Below are positions 18,442 through 27,819 of a stretch of 53,556 bases of DNA, one piece after another. The stretch comes from a virus. Lineage: Duplodnaviria; Caudoviricetes. The stretch's first letter is position 1, and each line of letters begins with the position of its first letter. The stretch is from the IMG/VR virus record IMGVR_UViG_3300004369_000021, positions 1 through 53,556 of that record; one strand, given 5' to 3'. Position numbers and translations under genes: made by a program. The notes below the pieces were generated by a model that saw only the letters and a list, made by a program, of their open reading frames with translations, did no database searches and was not told where the DNA came from.

Positions 18442-19956
18442 TCAACGAGAAAACAGAGCCATCCCCTTGTCTATGATGGTGTCTGCGATGTCCTTCTTGC
18501 TCATCAGCGTGCGGATCACGACCTCATCGATGGTGCCTTTGGCAGCGATGTTGATGTAGGTGACGTTCTTCTTCTGGCCGATGCGGTGGGCGCGGTCTTC
18601 GCTTTGGAGCCTGTCGCGCAAGCTGAAGTTGTTGCTGAAGTAGATCACGTAGGACGCCGCGACGAGCGTGATGCCAGTGCCACCGGCTTGCTGGTTGCCG
18701 ACGAACACCTGCGCGTCGCCGCGCTCGAATGATTCGATCGCATCCGTGCGGTCGTCCTTGTTCACTCCGCCGTGATACTCAACGCACTGAATTCCGTCCA
18801 AGCGCAGACGCTTCACAATGTCTTCGATCTCAACACGGTAGCGTGCCCACACGATCACCTTCTCGCCGCTTTCGACGATCTTGCCGACCCGATCGACGAG
18901 CAGATCCAGCTTTGGGTTGTCGCCTTCGATGCGCACAGGGTTTTCAGAAAGTGGGTGGATGTAGTAGCCAGACGTGATCTGCGCCAACTTGGTGACCGCG
19001 ACCAGCTTGTTGAACGGTGTTTCTTCGTTCTCGAACACAATGCGGCAATCGTCCTCGGCTTTCTTGTAGATCTTGATCTGCTCTGGCGTCATGCTGAAGA
19101 CCAGCGTCTTGTAGATCTTTTCGGGCAAGTCCAAGCATTCGCTCTTGAGCACACGGAAGCTGTGGGGTGCGATGAGCCGCGACAGCTTTTCGAGGTTGCG
19201 GTACTTGGGTCTCCCACCAGCACCACGGGCAACAACCTGAGGCACGCCGCGCGAGTTGGTGCGACGGCGGATGTTCTCAAGCAAGGGATTTCCCTGCTGC
19301 AACATCTCGGCGTACTCCGCCTTGAACGCATAGAAGCTGGTCGTCCCTAGTATGTGTTCGTCCAGGAACGAAAACTGACTGAAGGCATCGAACGGTGCGT
19401 TGTTGATCGGCGTTCCAGACATGATGCGCCGCCAGTGGCTGTGGTTCTTCAGCTTCATCAAATTCTTGGTGCGCTTGGCGGTGGGGTTCTTGACGCTGTC
19501 GCTCTCGTCGCAAACAATCATCAATCGGCGTGCGCACAACCCGAACCGCTCGGCTTCAGCCATGCCTTTGGCGGTTTGCAGTGCTTCCCAGTTCATGGTC
19601 AAGATCTTCAGTTCGCCGTTGGCTGGCTCGTAGAGCCTCTCCAATTCTTCCTTTTCAGCTTTGCGCGGCGTCGCCGCCCACGATGCTGCGCGGTAGCGAA
19701 CCCAGTCGGGCATGTGCTTGGGCAACTCCAGGCGCGTCCAGTTGGTGTGCACACCGTTGGGTGCGAAGACCAACACAGCGTCACAGTCTCCAGACGCCCA
19801 AAGGTCGGCAGCGTTGTTGATGACGATCCAAGTCTTGCCCGTGCCCATCTCGGCCAGCAATGCGTATGCACGCGAGCGGCCAAACTTGTTGAGGCATTCT
19901 AGTTGGTGCCGGTAGGGCTTGGTTTTGAACTTAGTGTCTGGCGTAATTTTGTCCAT
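18442..19956 (-). CDS. SNF2-family DNA helicase
   Basis: EMGTGKT, CDES, MSGTP, GTGITL and QSEDRAHRIGQ motifs. Confidence 0.92.
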   Translation of the reverse strand: MDKITPDTKFKTKPYRHQLECLNKFGRSRAYALLAEMGTGKTWIVINNAADLWASGDCDAVLVFAPNGVHTNWTRLELPKHMPDWVRYRAASWAATPRKAEKEELERLYEPANGELKILTMNWEALQTAKGMAEAERFGLCARRLMIVCDESDSVKNPTAKRTKNLMKLKNHSHWRRIMSGTPINNAPFDAFSQFSFLDEHILGTTSFYAFKAEYAEMLQQGNPLLENIRRRTNSRGVPQVVARGAGGRPKYRNLEKLSRLIAPHSFRVLKSECLDLPEKIYKTLVFSMTPEQIKIYKKAEDDCRIVFENEETPFNKLVAVTKLAQITSGYYIHPLSENPVRIEGDNPKLDLLVDRVGKIVESGEKVIVWARYRVEIEDIVKRLRLDGIQCVEYHGGVNKDDRTDAIESFERGDAQVFVGNQQAGGTGITLVAASYVIYFSNNFSLRDRLQSEDRAHRIGQKKNVTYINIAAKGTIDEVVIRTLMSKKDIADTIIDKGMALFSR

Positions 19957-20351
19957 GATTCTTTGTCCCGTACTGGTTTGGTTGTGTGCCAAAGTGCAAC
20001 CGCCATCAACTGATCGACGGTCATGTCGTTGATGGTTTCTGTGTGCTCACCGCCGATCAACATCCAACGTTTGTCGGTCACGATCAGGAAGTAAGCATTG
20101 CCCTCAGCCTTCATTTGCCGCATGAACCAGTTCTTCTGGTCTTGCGACACCTTGTGGTTGGAGCCGAACAGCTTGGTTGTTGCGCGCACAGGCTCCTTGG
20201 GTGACTTCTGCTCGATCCAGCACTCAACGCCTTCCGTGCAGTAGTTGATGTCCGGCATGCCGTTCACCACGACATTCTCAACGCGGTCGAGCCGGTCACG
20301 ACCTTGAGGAAGGTTTGCTTTCAACACCTTGTAGTCGTTGCTTTCAGCCAT
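19899..20351 (-). CDS. PD-(D/E)xK nuclease (VRR-NUC / Holliday-junction resolvase-like)
   Basis: RVEN....GMPD...WIEQK...Q..W motif, adjacent to the SNF2 helicase. Confidence 0.7.
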   Translation of the reverse strand: MAESNDYKVLKANLPQGRDRLDRVENVVVNGMPDINYCTEGVECWIEQKSPKEPVRATTKLFGSNHKVSQDQKNWFMRQMKAEGNAYFLIVTDKRWMLIGGEHTETINDMTVDQLMAVALWHTTKPVRDKESWTKLRQTLSSKPSPTGTN

Positions 20352-23100
20352 CGAGCCTCCGCCACTTGGTGATGAACGCATAGCGAATGTCGTTGAAAAA
20401 CTTGGCGCGAATCATCAAGTGCGCACCCGTCGGCACCCGCTCCAACAACTCCCTGCCGAACCGCTCGAAGTCATACCGCCCGATCCGACCGCCAATGGTG
20501 CCAGAGTCATCGCGCAACCGCACATCCACGAACTCCAGTGGACCGGTGCCGACCTTGCCTCCGCGCTTCTTGACGTTGACCTCTTCGTTGTAGTTGCGAG
20601 CGTTCTTGTAGATCAACTCGCCGAGGAACACCCGCTCTTCGTTGTGGCGGATGTTTTCAAGATCCTTGATCTCGACAACGTCGCTGGCGATGCCGTGCGT
20701 TGCCGGATCCTCGTACAAGTGCAGGTAATGGCGGCGGAACGGGAAGATGTCGGCGAAGATGTTCTCAGCCTTTTCGATTTCTTCGCGCTGCTTGTCGGTT
20801 AGCGTGCCGGAGTTGCGTGCTTCGATCAGCTTGGCGGCTTTGCTTTCGCCGATGCCTTTCAACGCCGTGAACCCGCCGTAGAGCACGCCGTCCTTGGCCG
20901 ACCAATTCATTTCTGACTTGTGCAGGTCGAACGAAACGTATTCAATGCCTTCGCGCACCATCTCGCGCAGCAACTCGACCGCGCTGTCTTCGTCCTTGGC
21001 GTTGCGCAGGTTGGCAGCAGCAAACTCCAGCGGGTGGTGCGCCTTGAGGTACGCCGTCCAGTAGCTGATAACAGCGTAGCTGAACGTGTGCGCCTTGTTC
21101 ATCTGCCAAGCACCCATCGCGTTGATGGTTTCCCACGTGGCGCGTGCTTCGGGTTCGCCGATGCCTTGGCTCGCCGCTCCTTCCTTGAACTTGGTCCAGT
21201 AGGTGTCGAAGAATTCCTTGCCCATGCGCTTAGACATCGCTTTGCGGATGGTGGAGGTTTCCTTCCAGTCGAACTTGCCGATCTCGCGCACGATGGCGAG
21301 CGTCTGCTCTTGGTAGACAGGCAGACCGTAGGTCTCCTTCATGTGCTCTTCCACTAGCGGGTGGATCGGCGTATACGCTTCACCCTTCTTGCGACGAACG
21401 TACTTTTCAGTCACGCCACCGCCGAATGGTCCAGGACGCGCCAGAGCCGTCACCGCGTCGATCTCGACGATGGTCTTGAAGTCGATGTCGCGGCTGATCG
21501 CTCGCAGGGCGTTGCCTTCGAATTGGAAGATCCCGCAAAGCCGACCGGCGTTGAACACGTCGTAGGTTTTCAAGTCATCGAACGGCAAATTGTACCAGTC
21601 AATTCCCAAGCCGCTGTCTTCGAGCACGCCCAGCGTCCGCAGACCGAGCACGTCAATCTTGAGCAACCCCAACTGTTCAGCCGCGCCTTTTTCCATGTGG
21701 GCGATGCCGTTTGCATCCACGGTTGCGTAGTTGGTGATCTCTTCGTTACAAACCAACAGCCCTGCTGCGTGCACACCGCTGTGCGAGGCGTGACCTTCCA
21801 AGAGCATTGCGGCTTTGGCTTGCGGGTATTGCTTGATGAACTCCTGACCAGGAGTGGTTTCGTTGAACGTGTCTTCCAAGCAGTTGTTGGCGCGTGAGTC
21901 GGCGGACGAACGCTCGATCATTGCAACCTTCACCGAACCCGTAGCTTGCGGAGGGATGTTCAACGCTTTGCACACCTGAATGAGTGCTGACTTGGGGCGG
22001 AACTGACCGATGGTGCCGATGTGGGCGACGTTGCTTGAGCCGTACTTCTCGGCCATGTATTCGAAGACCATGTGACGCTTGGAGTCAGGGAAGTCCAAGT
22101 CGATGTCGGGCAGGTCGGTGCGGCTGACGTCGATGAAGCGTTCGAAATACAGCTTGGGCGGGATCGGGTCGATCTCGGTGATGCGCGTCAGGTAACAAAC
22201 CAGCGAACCCGCCGCCGAGCCGCGTGATGGGCCAACGAGCATGTGTTGCTTGGCGTAGTGCACCATGTCGGCCACGATCAAGAAGTAAGACTCAAAGTCC
22301 TTGGAGCGGATCAAATCCAACTCGTACACCATCCGGTCTTCGTACTCCTGCGTCCACCGGTCTTCCATCTTGCGGAACTTGATTCCTTCACGACACCACT
22401 CTTCAAGGTTGCCCTCTGTGCGCACCATGGGTGCTTGCGGCAACTTCAACTCCGCGCATTCAGCGGCAATATCGGCGGCTGCATCTTGGTTTTCAAGCGT
22501 TTCCAAGATCCACTGCGGCGTAACCTTCAACCCTGCTCTGGAAGCCAACTCGAAAACAGCGTCGTCCTCTTTGTAAGCATAGGCATTGTCGCCTGTGCTC
22601 ACGACGCGCAAACCGTGTTGTTCAGCGATGCGCTGCTTGCGCATGTTCAGGATGCGGCTAGACGGGTTCAGGTCGATGACCGCGCCAACTTCCTTCAGGA
22701 ACTCACCGTCAACTATTTCACCAGCGAACTTCAGGATGTCGTCCGACATGTTTAAAACGTCGTTGCGGTACAGGCGCGGCAATGCGCCGGTTTTGGTAGG
22801 AATGGTCTGCTGGTGGCTCTTGCTGGTCGCCCTATACAACTCCCCAAGACCTTGCTGGTTCTTGGCTAGGAACCACATCCTGTGAGGCGTTTCGTCGTCC
22901 GAGACAACGCACTCGACGCCGAGCAGCGGTTGGATGCCTGCGTCCTTGCAACTCTTGTACCAAGCCACGTGTCCCCACGTTGAATTGTCAACGATCGCCG
23001 CCGCCGTGCAACCAATGTCTTGGAGACGCTGGATGACACGCTTGATCGGCGCAAATGTCTGGCCGAACGAGTATTCAGTCTTTACCCTTAGATGAATCAT
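20344..23100 (-). CDS. dnaE: DNA polymerase III alpha subunit (family C)
   Basis: PHP-like N-terminus, RGSAAGSLVCY, FERF, catalytic PDIDLDF, HAAG, KIDVLGL, GIFQFE, VYQEQ and NKAH motifs. Confidence 0.95.
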   Translation of the reverse strand: MIHLRVKTEYSFGQTFAPIKRVIQRLQDIGCTAAAIVDNSTWGHVAWYKSCKDAGIQPLLGVECVVSDDETPHRMWFLAKNQQGLGELYRATSKSHQQTIPTKTGALPRLYRNDVLNMSDDILKFAGEIVDGEFLKEVGAVIDLNPSSRILNMRKQRIAEQHGLRVVSTGDNAYAYKEDDAVFELASRAGLKVTPQWILETLENQDAAADIAAECAELKLPQAPMVRTEGNLEEWCREGIKFRKMEDRWTQEYEDRMVYELDLIRSKDFESYFLIVADMVHYAKQHMLVGPSRGSAAGSLVCYLTRITEIDPIPPKLYFERFIDVSRTDLPDIDLDFPDSKRHMVFEYMAEKYGSSNVAHIGTIGQFRPKSALIQVCKALNIPPQATGSVKVAMIERSSADSRANNCLEDTFNETTPGQEFIKQYPQAKAAMLLEGHASHSGVHAAGLLVCNEEITNYATVDANGIAHMEKGAAEQLGLLKIDVLGLRTLGVLEDSGLGIDWYNLPFDDLKTYDVFNAGRLCGIFQFEGNALRAISRDIDFKTIVEIDAVTALARPGPFGGGVTEKYVRRKKGEAYTPIHPLVEEHMKETYGLPVYQEQTLAIVREIGKFDWKETSTIRKAMSKRMGKEFFDTYWTKFKEGAASQGIGEPEARATWETINAMGAWQMNKAHTFSYAVISYWTAYLKAHHPLEFAAANLRNAKDEDSAVELLREMVREGIEYVSFDLHKSEMNWSAKDGVLYGGFTALKGIGESKAAKLIEARNSGTLTDKQREEIEKAENIFADIFPFRRHYLHLYEDPATHGIASDVVEIKDLENIRHNEERVFLGELIYKNARNYNEEVNVKKRGGKVGTGPLEFVDVRLRDDSGTIGGRIGRYDFERFGRELLERVPTGAHLMIRAKFFNDIRYAFITKWRRLDG

Positions 23101-23653
23101 CAGTCGTTTCCTCCCCGATCAGCAATTCCAAGAATCCGTCCTTTTGAATGCATTCGTGCAATGCCTTCACATCGTCCAGAGCACGGTGCGTTTGCGCCAA
23201 GGGGAAACCCATGATCCGCTCGTACAACTCCAACAGCTTGGGACGCTTGCCGAACTGAGAGTGATATTCCTGAACCGTGCAGACAACCTGCTCTGGCCAC
23301 GGAAAGTCCGTGCACTCAGCACGCTCCAAGTCTAGTTCAAGCATCTTCTTATCGAACGGTGCATTGTGCGCGACCAACACTTGCGTGTCGGTGAAGAATT
23401 CCTTCAGCTGCGGCAGGAAGTCTGTGAAGGTCGGCTTGTTTTCCAACATTTCATTGGTGATGCCGGTGATCTTGGTGATCTCCTCGCTGATCTCGATCTC
23501 CGGATTGATCATCTGGTTCAACTCGCGCAGGACGCCAGTCTTGTCGACCACCACCGCTCCAAGTTCAATGATGCGCGGTTGCTTTTCCAACGGCGCGGTT
23601 TTGGGCAGAGGCAATCCGGTTGTCTCAGTGTCGAATATCGCGACCTTGTTCAT
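23075..23653 (-). CDS. DEDDh 3'-5' exonuclease (DnaQ/epsilon-like)
   Basis: FDTETTG, VAHNAPFD and HRALDD motifs; overlaps the dnaE start. Confidence 0.92.
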   Translation of the reverse strand: MNKVAIFDTETTGLPLPKTAPLEKQPRIIELGAVVVDKTGVLRELNQMINPEIEISEEITKITGITNEMLENKPTFTDFLPQLKEFFTDTQVLVAHNAPFDKKMLELDLERAECTDFPWPEQVVCTVQEYHSQFGKRPKLLELYERIMGFPLAQTHRALDDVKALHECIQKDGFLELLIGEETTDDSSKGKD

Positions 23654-23676
23654 TTCAATTCCTCTTGTTTTCAGGT

Positions 23677-24144
23677 TCACTGATCGATTCGCACGATGAA
23701 CTTCAGGTCAACGCCAAGAACGAACTTGGTGTCGAATATCACGTAGTTGTACTTGCGCTTACCGGCGATGACGGGGTTGGTGTGCGAGTCGGTGAAAACC
23801 TCCTGCGCGACAGGGAACCCGCGTGCGTGGAAGAACTTGCGCCACTCGACCAACTCTTCAGCAGAGCAGTGCATGCCGAGATGGCTAACGGTGTTGCGAC
23901 CGCGCATCAGCGAGTCAACCCAGTTATCGCCGTTCGTGTAGTCCAGGATCTCAAACTCTTTGCCGCCGAACAGTTCATAGTTGAAGCTTAGATCGGCTTC
24001 GTTAGTTCCCTCCTTTCCGAAGACTTTGCCTGTGGCGACGACGTGGTCGTTGTGCCATTCGACCGCACCCATCTCGGCGAGCAACATTTTAGCGCGGACA
24101 GGGTCGGCGGGTGCGATGGCGATTTGTTCAATTACGAATTTCAT
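23677..24144 (-). CDS. VOC/glyoxalase-fold protein
   Basis: IEQIAIAP.DP, FEILDY, SHLGMHC and YVIFDT pattern resembling methylmalonyl-CoA epimerase/glyoxalase_4. Confidence 0.6.
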   Translation of the reverse strand: MKFVIEQIAIAPADPVRAKMLLAEMGAVEWHNDHVVATGKVFGKEGTNEADLSFNYELFGGKEFEILDYTNGDNWVDSLMRGRNTVSHLGMHCSAEELVEWRKFFHARGFPVAQEVFTDSHTNPVIAGKRKYNYVIFDTKFVLGVDLKFIVRIDQ

Positions 24145-24147
24145 GAT

Positions 24148-24816
24148 TTATGCTCCATAGGGAAGAATGCAACCAGTGAGGTGCTTGTGGTGGTCCTTGT
24201 CTTGCAACAAGAAGGCGATGAACTCAGCAACGCGCTCTGGGGGAGTTTCCTCACCGCAAAGCAAACCGTTCAGTTGGTATTGCTGGGCGTACTCTTTGGT
24301 CCAGCCGCGAGTTTTGACGACCTGATCGTCAATGGCGTCGCTCATGCCGGTGCCTTTGAGTTTGTTGGGCGCGACACCGAACACGGTGATGCCGTGCTTC
24401 TTGGTCAACTCACGCGCCAATTGCAGCGTCATGATGTGCGCCGCGCCTTTGGATGCGTTGTAAGCCAGCGAACAAGTCATCGGCATGTGCGCCGCGTTGC
24501 TCACGATGTTTAGGACTGTGCCCTTGCTTTTGATCAGCAGTGGCAGGTACGCTTGGGTCATCTTGAAGATGCCCTTGGCGTTTACGTCCATCACTTCGTC
24601 CCACTTCTCTTCGGTGAAGTTTTCCAGCCAATCAATCAGGTTGACGCCTGCGCAGTTGATCAGCACATCCAGCTTGTCGCATGCGATTTCCGGCTTCAAG
24701 ATGTCTTGGCCGAAGTTGCGGTCGTAGCCGATCACTTCGTGGTTGGCGGCTTCGAGAGCCTTGTAGATGGCTTTGCCGAGACCCTTGGCCGCGCCGGTGA
24801 CGAGGATTGTGCTCAT
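24148..24816 (-). CDS. Short-chain dehydrogenase/reductase (SDR)
   Basis: TGAAKGLG, LINCAG, NIVS and YNASK catalytic motifs. Confidence 0.92.
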   Translation of the reverse strand: MSTILVTGAAKGLGKAIYKALEAANHEVIGYDRNFGQDILKPEIACDKLDVLINCAGVNLIDWLENFTEEKWDEVMDVNAKGIFKMTQAYLPLLIKSKGTVLNIVSNAAHMPMTCSLAYNASKGAAHIMTLQLARELTKKHGITVFGVAPNKLKGTGMSDAIDDQVVKTRGWTKEYAQQYQLNGLLCGEETPPERVAEFIAFLLQDKDHHKHLTGCILPYGA

Positions 24817-25106
24817 TGCTTGTTTTCCTTTTCGATCAGTGATTGAACCATGGCTGCGTAAACTGCGCAGTCGTGAATGCTGTCGACGTGGGTGAGGTTG
24901 CTGTTGGCGAAGCGTGTCAGCTTAACGATCATCAACTCGAACAGGTGCCACGTGTTGAAGTCCTCTTGCGTCTTCAACTCGACGCCTTCAGGGAACAACG
25001 CGACCATCACGTCGCCGACACGCTTGTAGTTGTCGCCATAAACCTTGTTACGCTCGCGGAAGGTCTCGGCCATCTCCGCGAGGATGTCTGCTGCGTTCTT
25101 TTTCAT
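24813..25106 (-). CDS. DUF6378 / Nmad1-like nucleotide-modification-associated protein (97 aa)
   Basis: ERNKVYG...KLTR...H.DSIHDCAVYA pattern; ATGA overlaps on both sides. Confidence 0.6.
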   Translation of the reverse strand: MKKNAADILAEMAETFRERNKVYGDNYKRVGDVMVALFPEGVELKTQEDFNTWHLFELMIVKLTRFANSNLTHVDSIHDCAVYAAMVQSLIEKENKQ

Positions 25107-25582
25107 CTCATCTTCCTTGGGTTGGTGTAGGCGCACACGTTGTGAATTGACGTGTGGATGCCTTTGATGTTGTGATCGCGGTACATCTGTACCACGTCCT
25201 GCCGGTCGTCGTACGCGCAAACCACATCGCTCGGTTCGGCGTCCATCAACTTGAAGAACTTGCGCAGCTGGCGCTGTTTCAGTTCCACCGAGTGAGCATG
25301 GTCGTCCGTCGGGCGCATGAGCAGCGCGGCGCAATCGATCTTGTTGCGTTCGAGCCACTCTTGCGTGATGGGCGCGTAAAACTCCGGTCTGGCTGTGAAG
25401 ACAACGATCTCCGTGCCTTCCGGCAGGTTGCGCAGAAGGTATTGGTTGCCGAAGGCGTCGAACCCTGCCAACAAGTGATACCGGTGGTAACGCTCGAAGG
25501 GATGGTCTTTGGACCAGTCGATTTCATTGATGCGCCAGCCGTCATCGCTGATGGTGTTGTCTAGGTCGAAGATGGCGTACAC
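25103..25582 (-). CDS. HAD-superfamily phosphatase (PNKP phosphatase-like)
   Basis: IFDLDNTI, FTARPE, LLMRP..D, K and YDDR motifs. Confidence 0.85.
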   Translation of the reverse strand: MYAIFDLDNTISDDGWRINEIDWSKDHPFERYHRYHLLAGFDAFGNQYLLRNLPEGTEIVVFTARPEFYAPITQEWLERNKIDCAALLMRPTDDHAHSVELKQRQLRKFFKLMDAEPSDVVCAYDDRQDVVQMYRDHNIKGIHTSIHNVCAYTNPRKMR

Positions 25583-25584
25583 GG

Positions 25585-25947
25585 TTATTTGCTCCTCTCT
25601 GCGATGCGAGCGCGGTTGGCAGAGATTGCTTCACCGTCGGGGATCCAATGACACCACCAATCCTTGGCAATTATGCCGGTGGGCGGCGGCGTGTCGTAAC
25701 CGACCTTGTAGCCGCGACGCAGCATCTCGCCGCGCAGCTGATAGAAGCGTTGCGTGCAGAACGTGAGCCGCTTGTAAAAGAACTTCACGTGACCCGTGCC
25801 GAGCGTATACCGCTCTGGGGCGGTGACCTTGCGGTTGGCGTGGTAGGCTTTTGCAGCCAAAGTGAACACGCGAGGCAACTCTTTCCATTCGGCGAGCAGG
25901 TGCTGGCGCGACAACTCTTGCGGTGGGACGCAGTTGATCCGTGTCAT
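25585..25947 (-). CDS. denV: Pyrimidine-dimer DNA glycosylase (T4 endonuclease V)
   Basis: MTRIN...QHLLAEWKELPRVF and YTLGTGHVKFFY; Thr2, Arg3, Glu23 and Arg26 retained. Confidence 0.93.
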   Translation of the reverse strand: MTRINCVPPQELSRQHLLAEWKELPRVFTLAAKAYHANRKVTAPERYTLGTGHVKFFYKRLTFCTQRFYQLRGEMLRRGYKVGYDTPPPTGIIAKDWWCHWIPDGEAISANRARIAERSK

Positions 25948-25950
25948 GGT

Positions 25951-26673
25951 TCAACCTCCCTTGCGCATCTTGTCGACGATCTTGAGCAGCTTGCCTTTTT
26001 TGAGCAGGTCACCGCCGTATTCACGCTGCGCAAATTCCTCGATCTCAGCGAAGTAGTCGCGTCCCTCTTGGAACAAGAACTTCTCTGCCCATGGGTGCAC
26101 TTCAAGCACCGCGTCCACCATCGCGTTGACGACCTGCTGGTACTCGCCTTGCGTGCGACCACCGGTGCGGGACTTTGCAAGATCGACGAAGGTGCGCAGA
26201 TTGAACTTGCACACGATGTTGGTGGAGATGTTTGTTGGGAGCACGCCTCGTGCGTCCTCAACCGCGTGACCCATGTCGAGCAACTTGTTGTAGGTGTGCT
26301 TGATGACGGTGAGGCACTGGTTGACAGCTTCCATTGCGACAGGGTCGCTCTTGATCTTGTCGCTGTAAATGTAGTCAAACTCTCCCATGTTCAGCACGCG
26401 CATCGTCTGTTGGGCGTAAGACGCCTGACGGGTGCGAACCTGTTGGTGTGTGTACGCTCGGCTCACGCCTTCAACGAGGAAAACGTAGTCCACGAACTCC
26501 CAGCTGCTGGGGATGGTGTTGGCCATGTATTCCAACTCGGCCATCTTCTCGGTTGGGGACTTGGCGCGGATCTCGTCGAGCAGTCCAGGCGACATCGTCA
26601 GGCGCGTCGCCTTCGTGAACATCAAGAGATTTTCGGCATCTGCCGTGTGGCTTATCAAGGTTACTTTCATCAC
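25951..26673 (-). CDS. thyX: ThyX-like flavin-dependent thymidylate synthase, non-canonical active site
   Basis: F..EGVSR..THQ.VRTR.ASYAQQTMR, EDARGVLP, NLR and SR.....Q.E; signature residues are altered. Confidence 0.8.
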   Translation of the reverse strand: MMKVTLISHTADAENLLMFTKATRLTMSPGLLDEIRAKSPTEKMAELEYMANTIPSSWEFVDYVFLVEGVSRAYTHQQVRTRQASYAQQTMRVLNMGEFDYIYSDKIKSDPVAMEAVNQCLTVIKHTYNKLLDMGHAVEDARGVLPTNISTNIVCKFNLRTFVDLAKSRTGGRTQGEYQQVVNAMVDAVLEVHPWAEKFLFQEGRDYFAEIEEFAQREYGGDLLKKGKLLKIVDKMRKGG

Positions 26674-26726
26674 AATTCTCCATTCTGAGGTTTATGCGAG
26701 GGGCGGTCAACCCCTCGCCGTTGGGG

Positions 26727-27137
26727 TTACATCAATACGAATTCATGACCATCGAATTCAGCTTTGCCTTCCGCTTTGAGTTTCATGCGGAACTTGATGT
26801 GGGAGCCGATCGGTAGTCCCAGCGCAACGAACGCTGATCTTACCGACTTGTATTCGGTCTTGCCGTTAACCAGCACACCATTGCGTTGAGAACGAGCAGC
26901 CTTCACGTCAGCGTCAGACCAGCTGGCCGCTACTGCCGCGCTGCGTGCTTTGTTCTTGGGCTTGGTTTCAACTTTGGTTTCCATAGGTTTCTCCTGAAGG
27001 GATGGGTGTGCGACACGCGCATTCTCCAGCTGTCGGATGCCTGCCGCACGAGTTGAAAACTTCTTGATGCACTTGCCGGTGAGTTGGTTGTACTCGGCAA
27101 CCATCGCTGAAGTGGTCATTTGGTTGATGTCAATCAT
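26727..27137 (-). CDS. Hypothetical basic protein
   Basis: 136-aa ORF with GGAGAA RBS. Confidence 0.7.
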   Translation of the reverse strand: MIDINQMTTSAMVAEYNQLTGKCIKKFSTRAAGIRQLENARVAHPSLQEKPMETKVETKPKNKARSAAVAASWSDADVKAARSQRNGVLVNGKTEYKSVRSAFVALGLPIGSHIKFRMKLKAEGKAEFDGHEFVLM

Positions 27138-27156
27138 AGCAGTTCTCCATTCTCAG

Positions 27157-27324
27157 TTAGTTAACTCGTGCAAGGGTAATCCACCCATGCTCATACAACT
27201 CGCCGACGGTCATGTCACCGCATTCGAGTAGCATTTCAAAGTGTCCGATCGCCTTGTCTTCGCTGTCGTAGAGCGTGAACTCTGTGCGGTCGTCAAGGTC
27301 GGTGTAGCAGACGTAAACTTCCAT
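27157..27324 (-). CDS. Small acidic hypothetical protein (55 aa)
   Basis: MEVYVCYTDLDD...; GAGGAG RBS upstream. Confidence 0.6.
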   Translation of the reverse strand: MEVYVCYTDLDDRTEFTLYDSEDKAIGHFEMLLECGDMTVGELYEHGWITLARVN

Positions 27325-27335
27325 GGCCTCGCTCC

Positions 27336-27509
27336 TCACAGGGTTGGTTGCTGCACGGAGACCGTGTAGCCCAAGTCTTGGATCTGCGCGATGGCGCGGT
27401 CGGTGAAGGTCTTGGTGCCGATCAGGTCGGCCAGCTTGCGCGCAGTGTCGCAAACGGGATACACTGCGCGGTTGCCGAAATTGTTGGTGATGCGGACGAT
27501 GATGTTCAT
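27336..27509 (-). CDS. Small hypothetical protein (57 aa)
   Basis: MNIIVRITNNFGNRAVYPVC...; GAGGAG RBS. Confidence 0.7.
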   Translation of the reverse strand: MNIIVRITNNFGNRAVYPVCDTARKLADLIGTKTFTDRAIAQIQDLGYTVSVQQPTL

Positions 27510-27520
27510 GATCAATCTCC

Positions 27521-27718
27521 TCAACCAACAACATTGAAGTGAAAGTGGATGCCGTTCTGAAGGGCGACTTCGCCGACGAACACGGGGAAGAACCGTCCGT
27601 CCTCGTTTGTCATGATGAAGTGGCGCATACCCTCGAAACCCTTGTTGGCAACAGCCTTGCGAGCGTTGTCGGCAGTGGCGTAGGTCTTAGGGGCTGTGAT
27701 GTTGAATTCGCGGTTCAT
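27521..27718 (-). CDS. Small hypothetical protein (65 aa)
   Basis: MNREFNITAPKTYAT...; GAGGAG RBS; promoter upstream. Confidence 0.7.
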   Translation of the reverse strand: MNREFNITAPKTYATADNARKAVANKGFEGMRHFIMTNEDGRFFPVFVGEVALQNGIHFHFNVVG

Positions 27719-27766
27719 TTCGTTCTCCTCAGTTCTCAGTTCTCCGGTCCCATCGACCGTAACAGT

Positions 27767-27795
27767 ATTATCTAACATAATTTTCTGTCCGGCAA
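27767..27795 (-). promoter_or_regulatory. Sigma70-like promoter
   Basis: TTGCCG-N17-GATAAT with a ~21-bp tandem repeat upstream. Confidence 0.7.
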
Positions 27796-27819
27796 CGTTT
27801 ATTTTGCGTCCTGCAACAT

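Noticed and set aside
26696-26718. GCGAGGGG/CCCCTCGC hairpin upstream of thyX as a terminator
   Set aside because: No U-tract on the coding (minus) strand; it may be a stabilising or processing hairpin, but nothing supports a specific call
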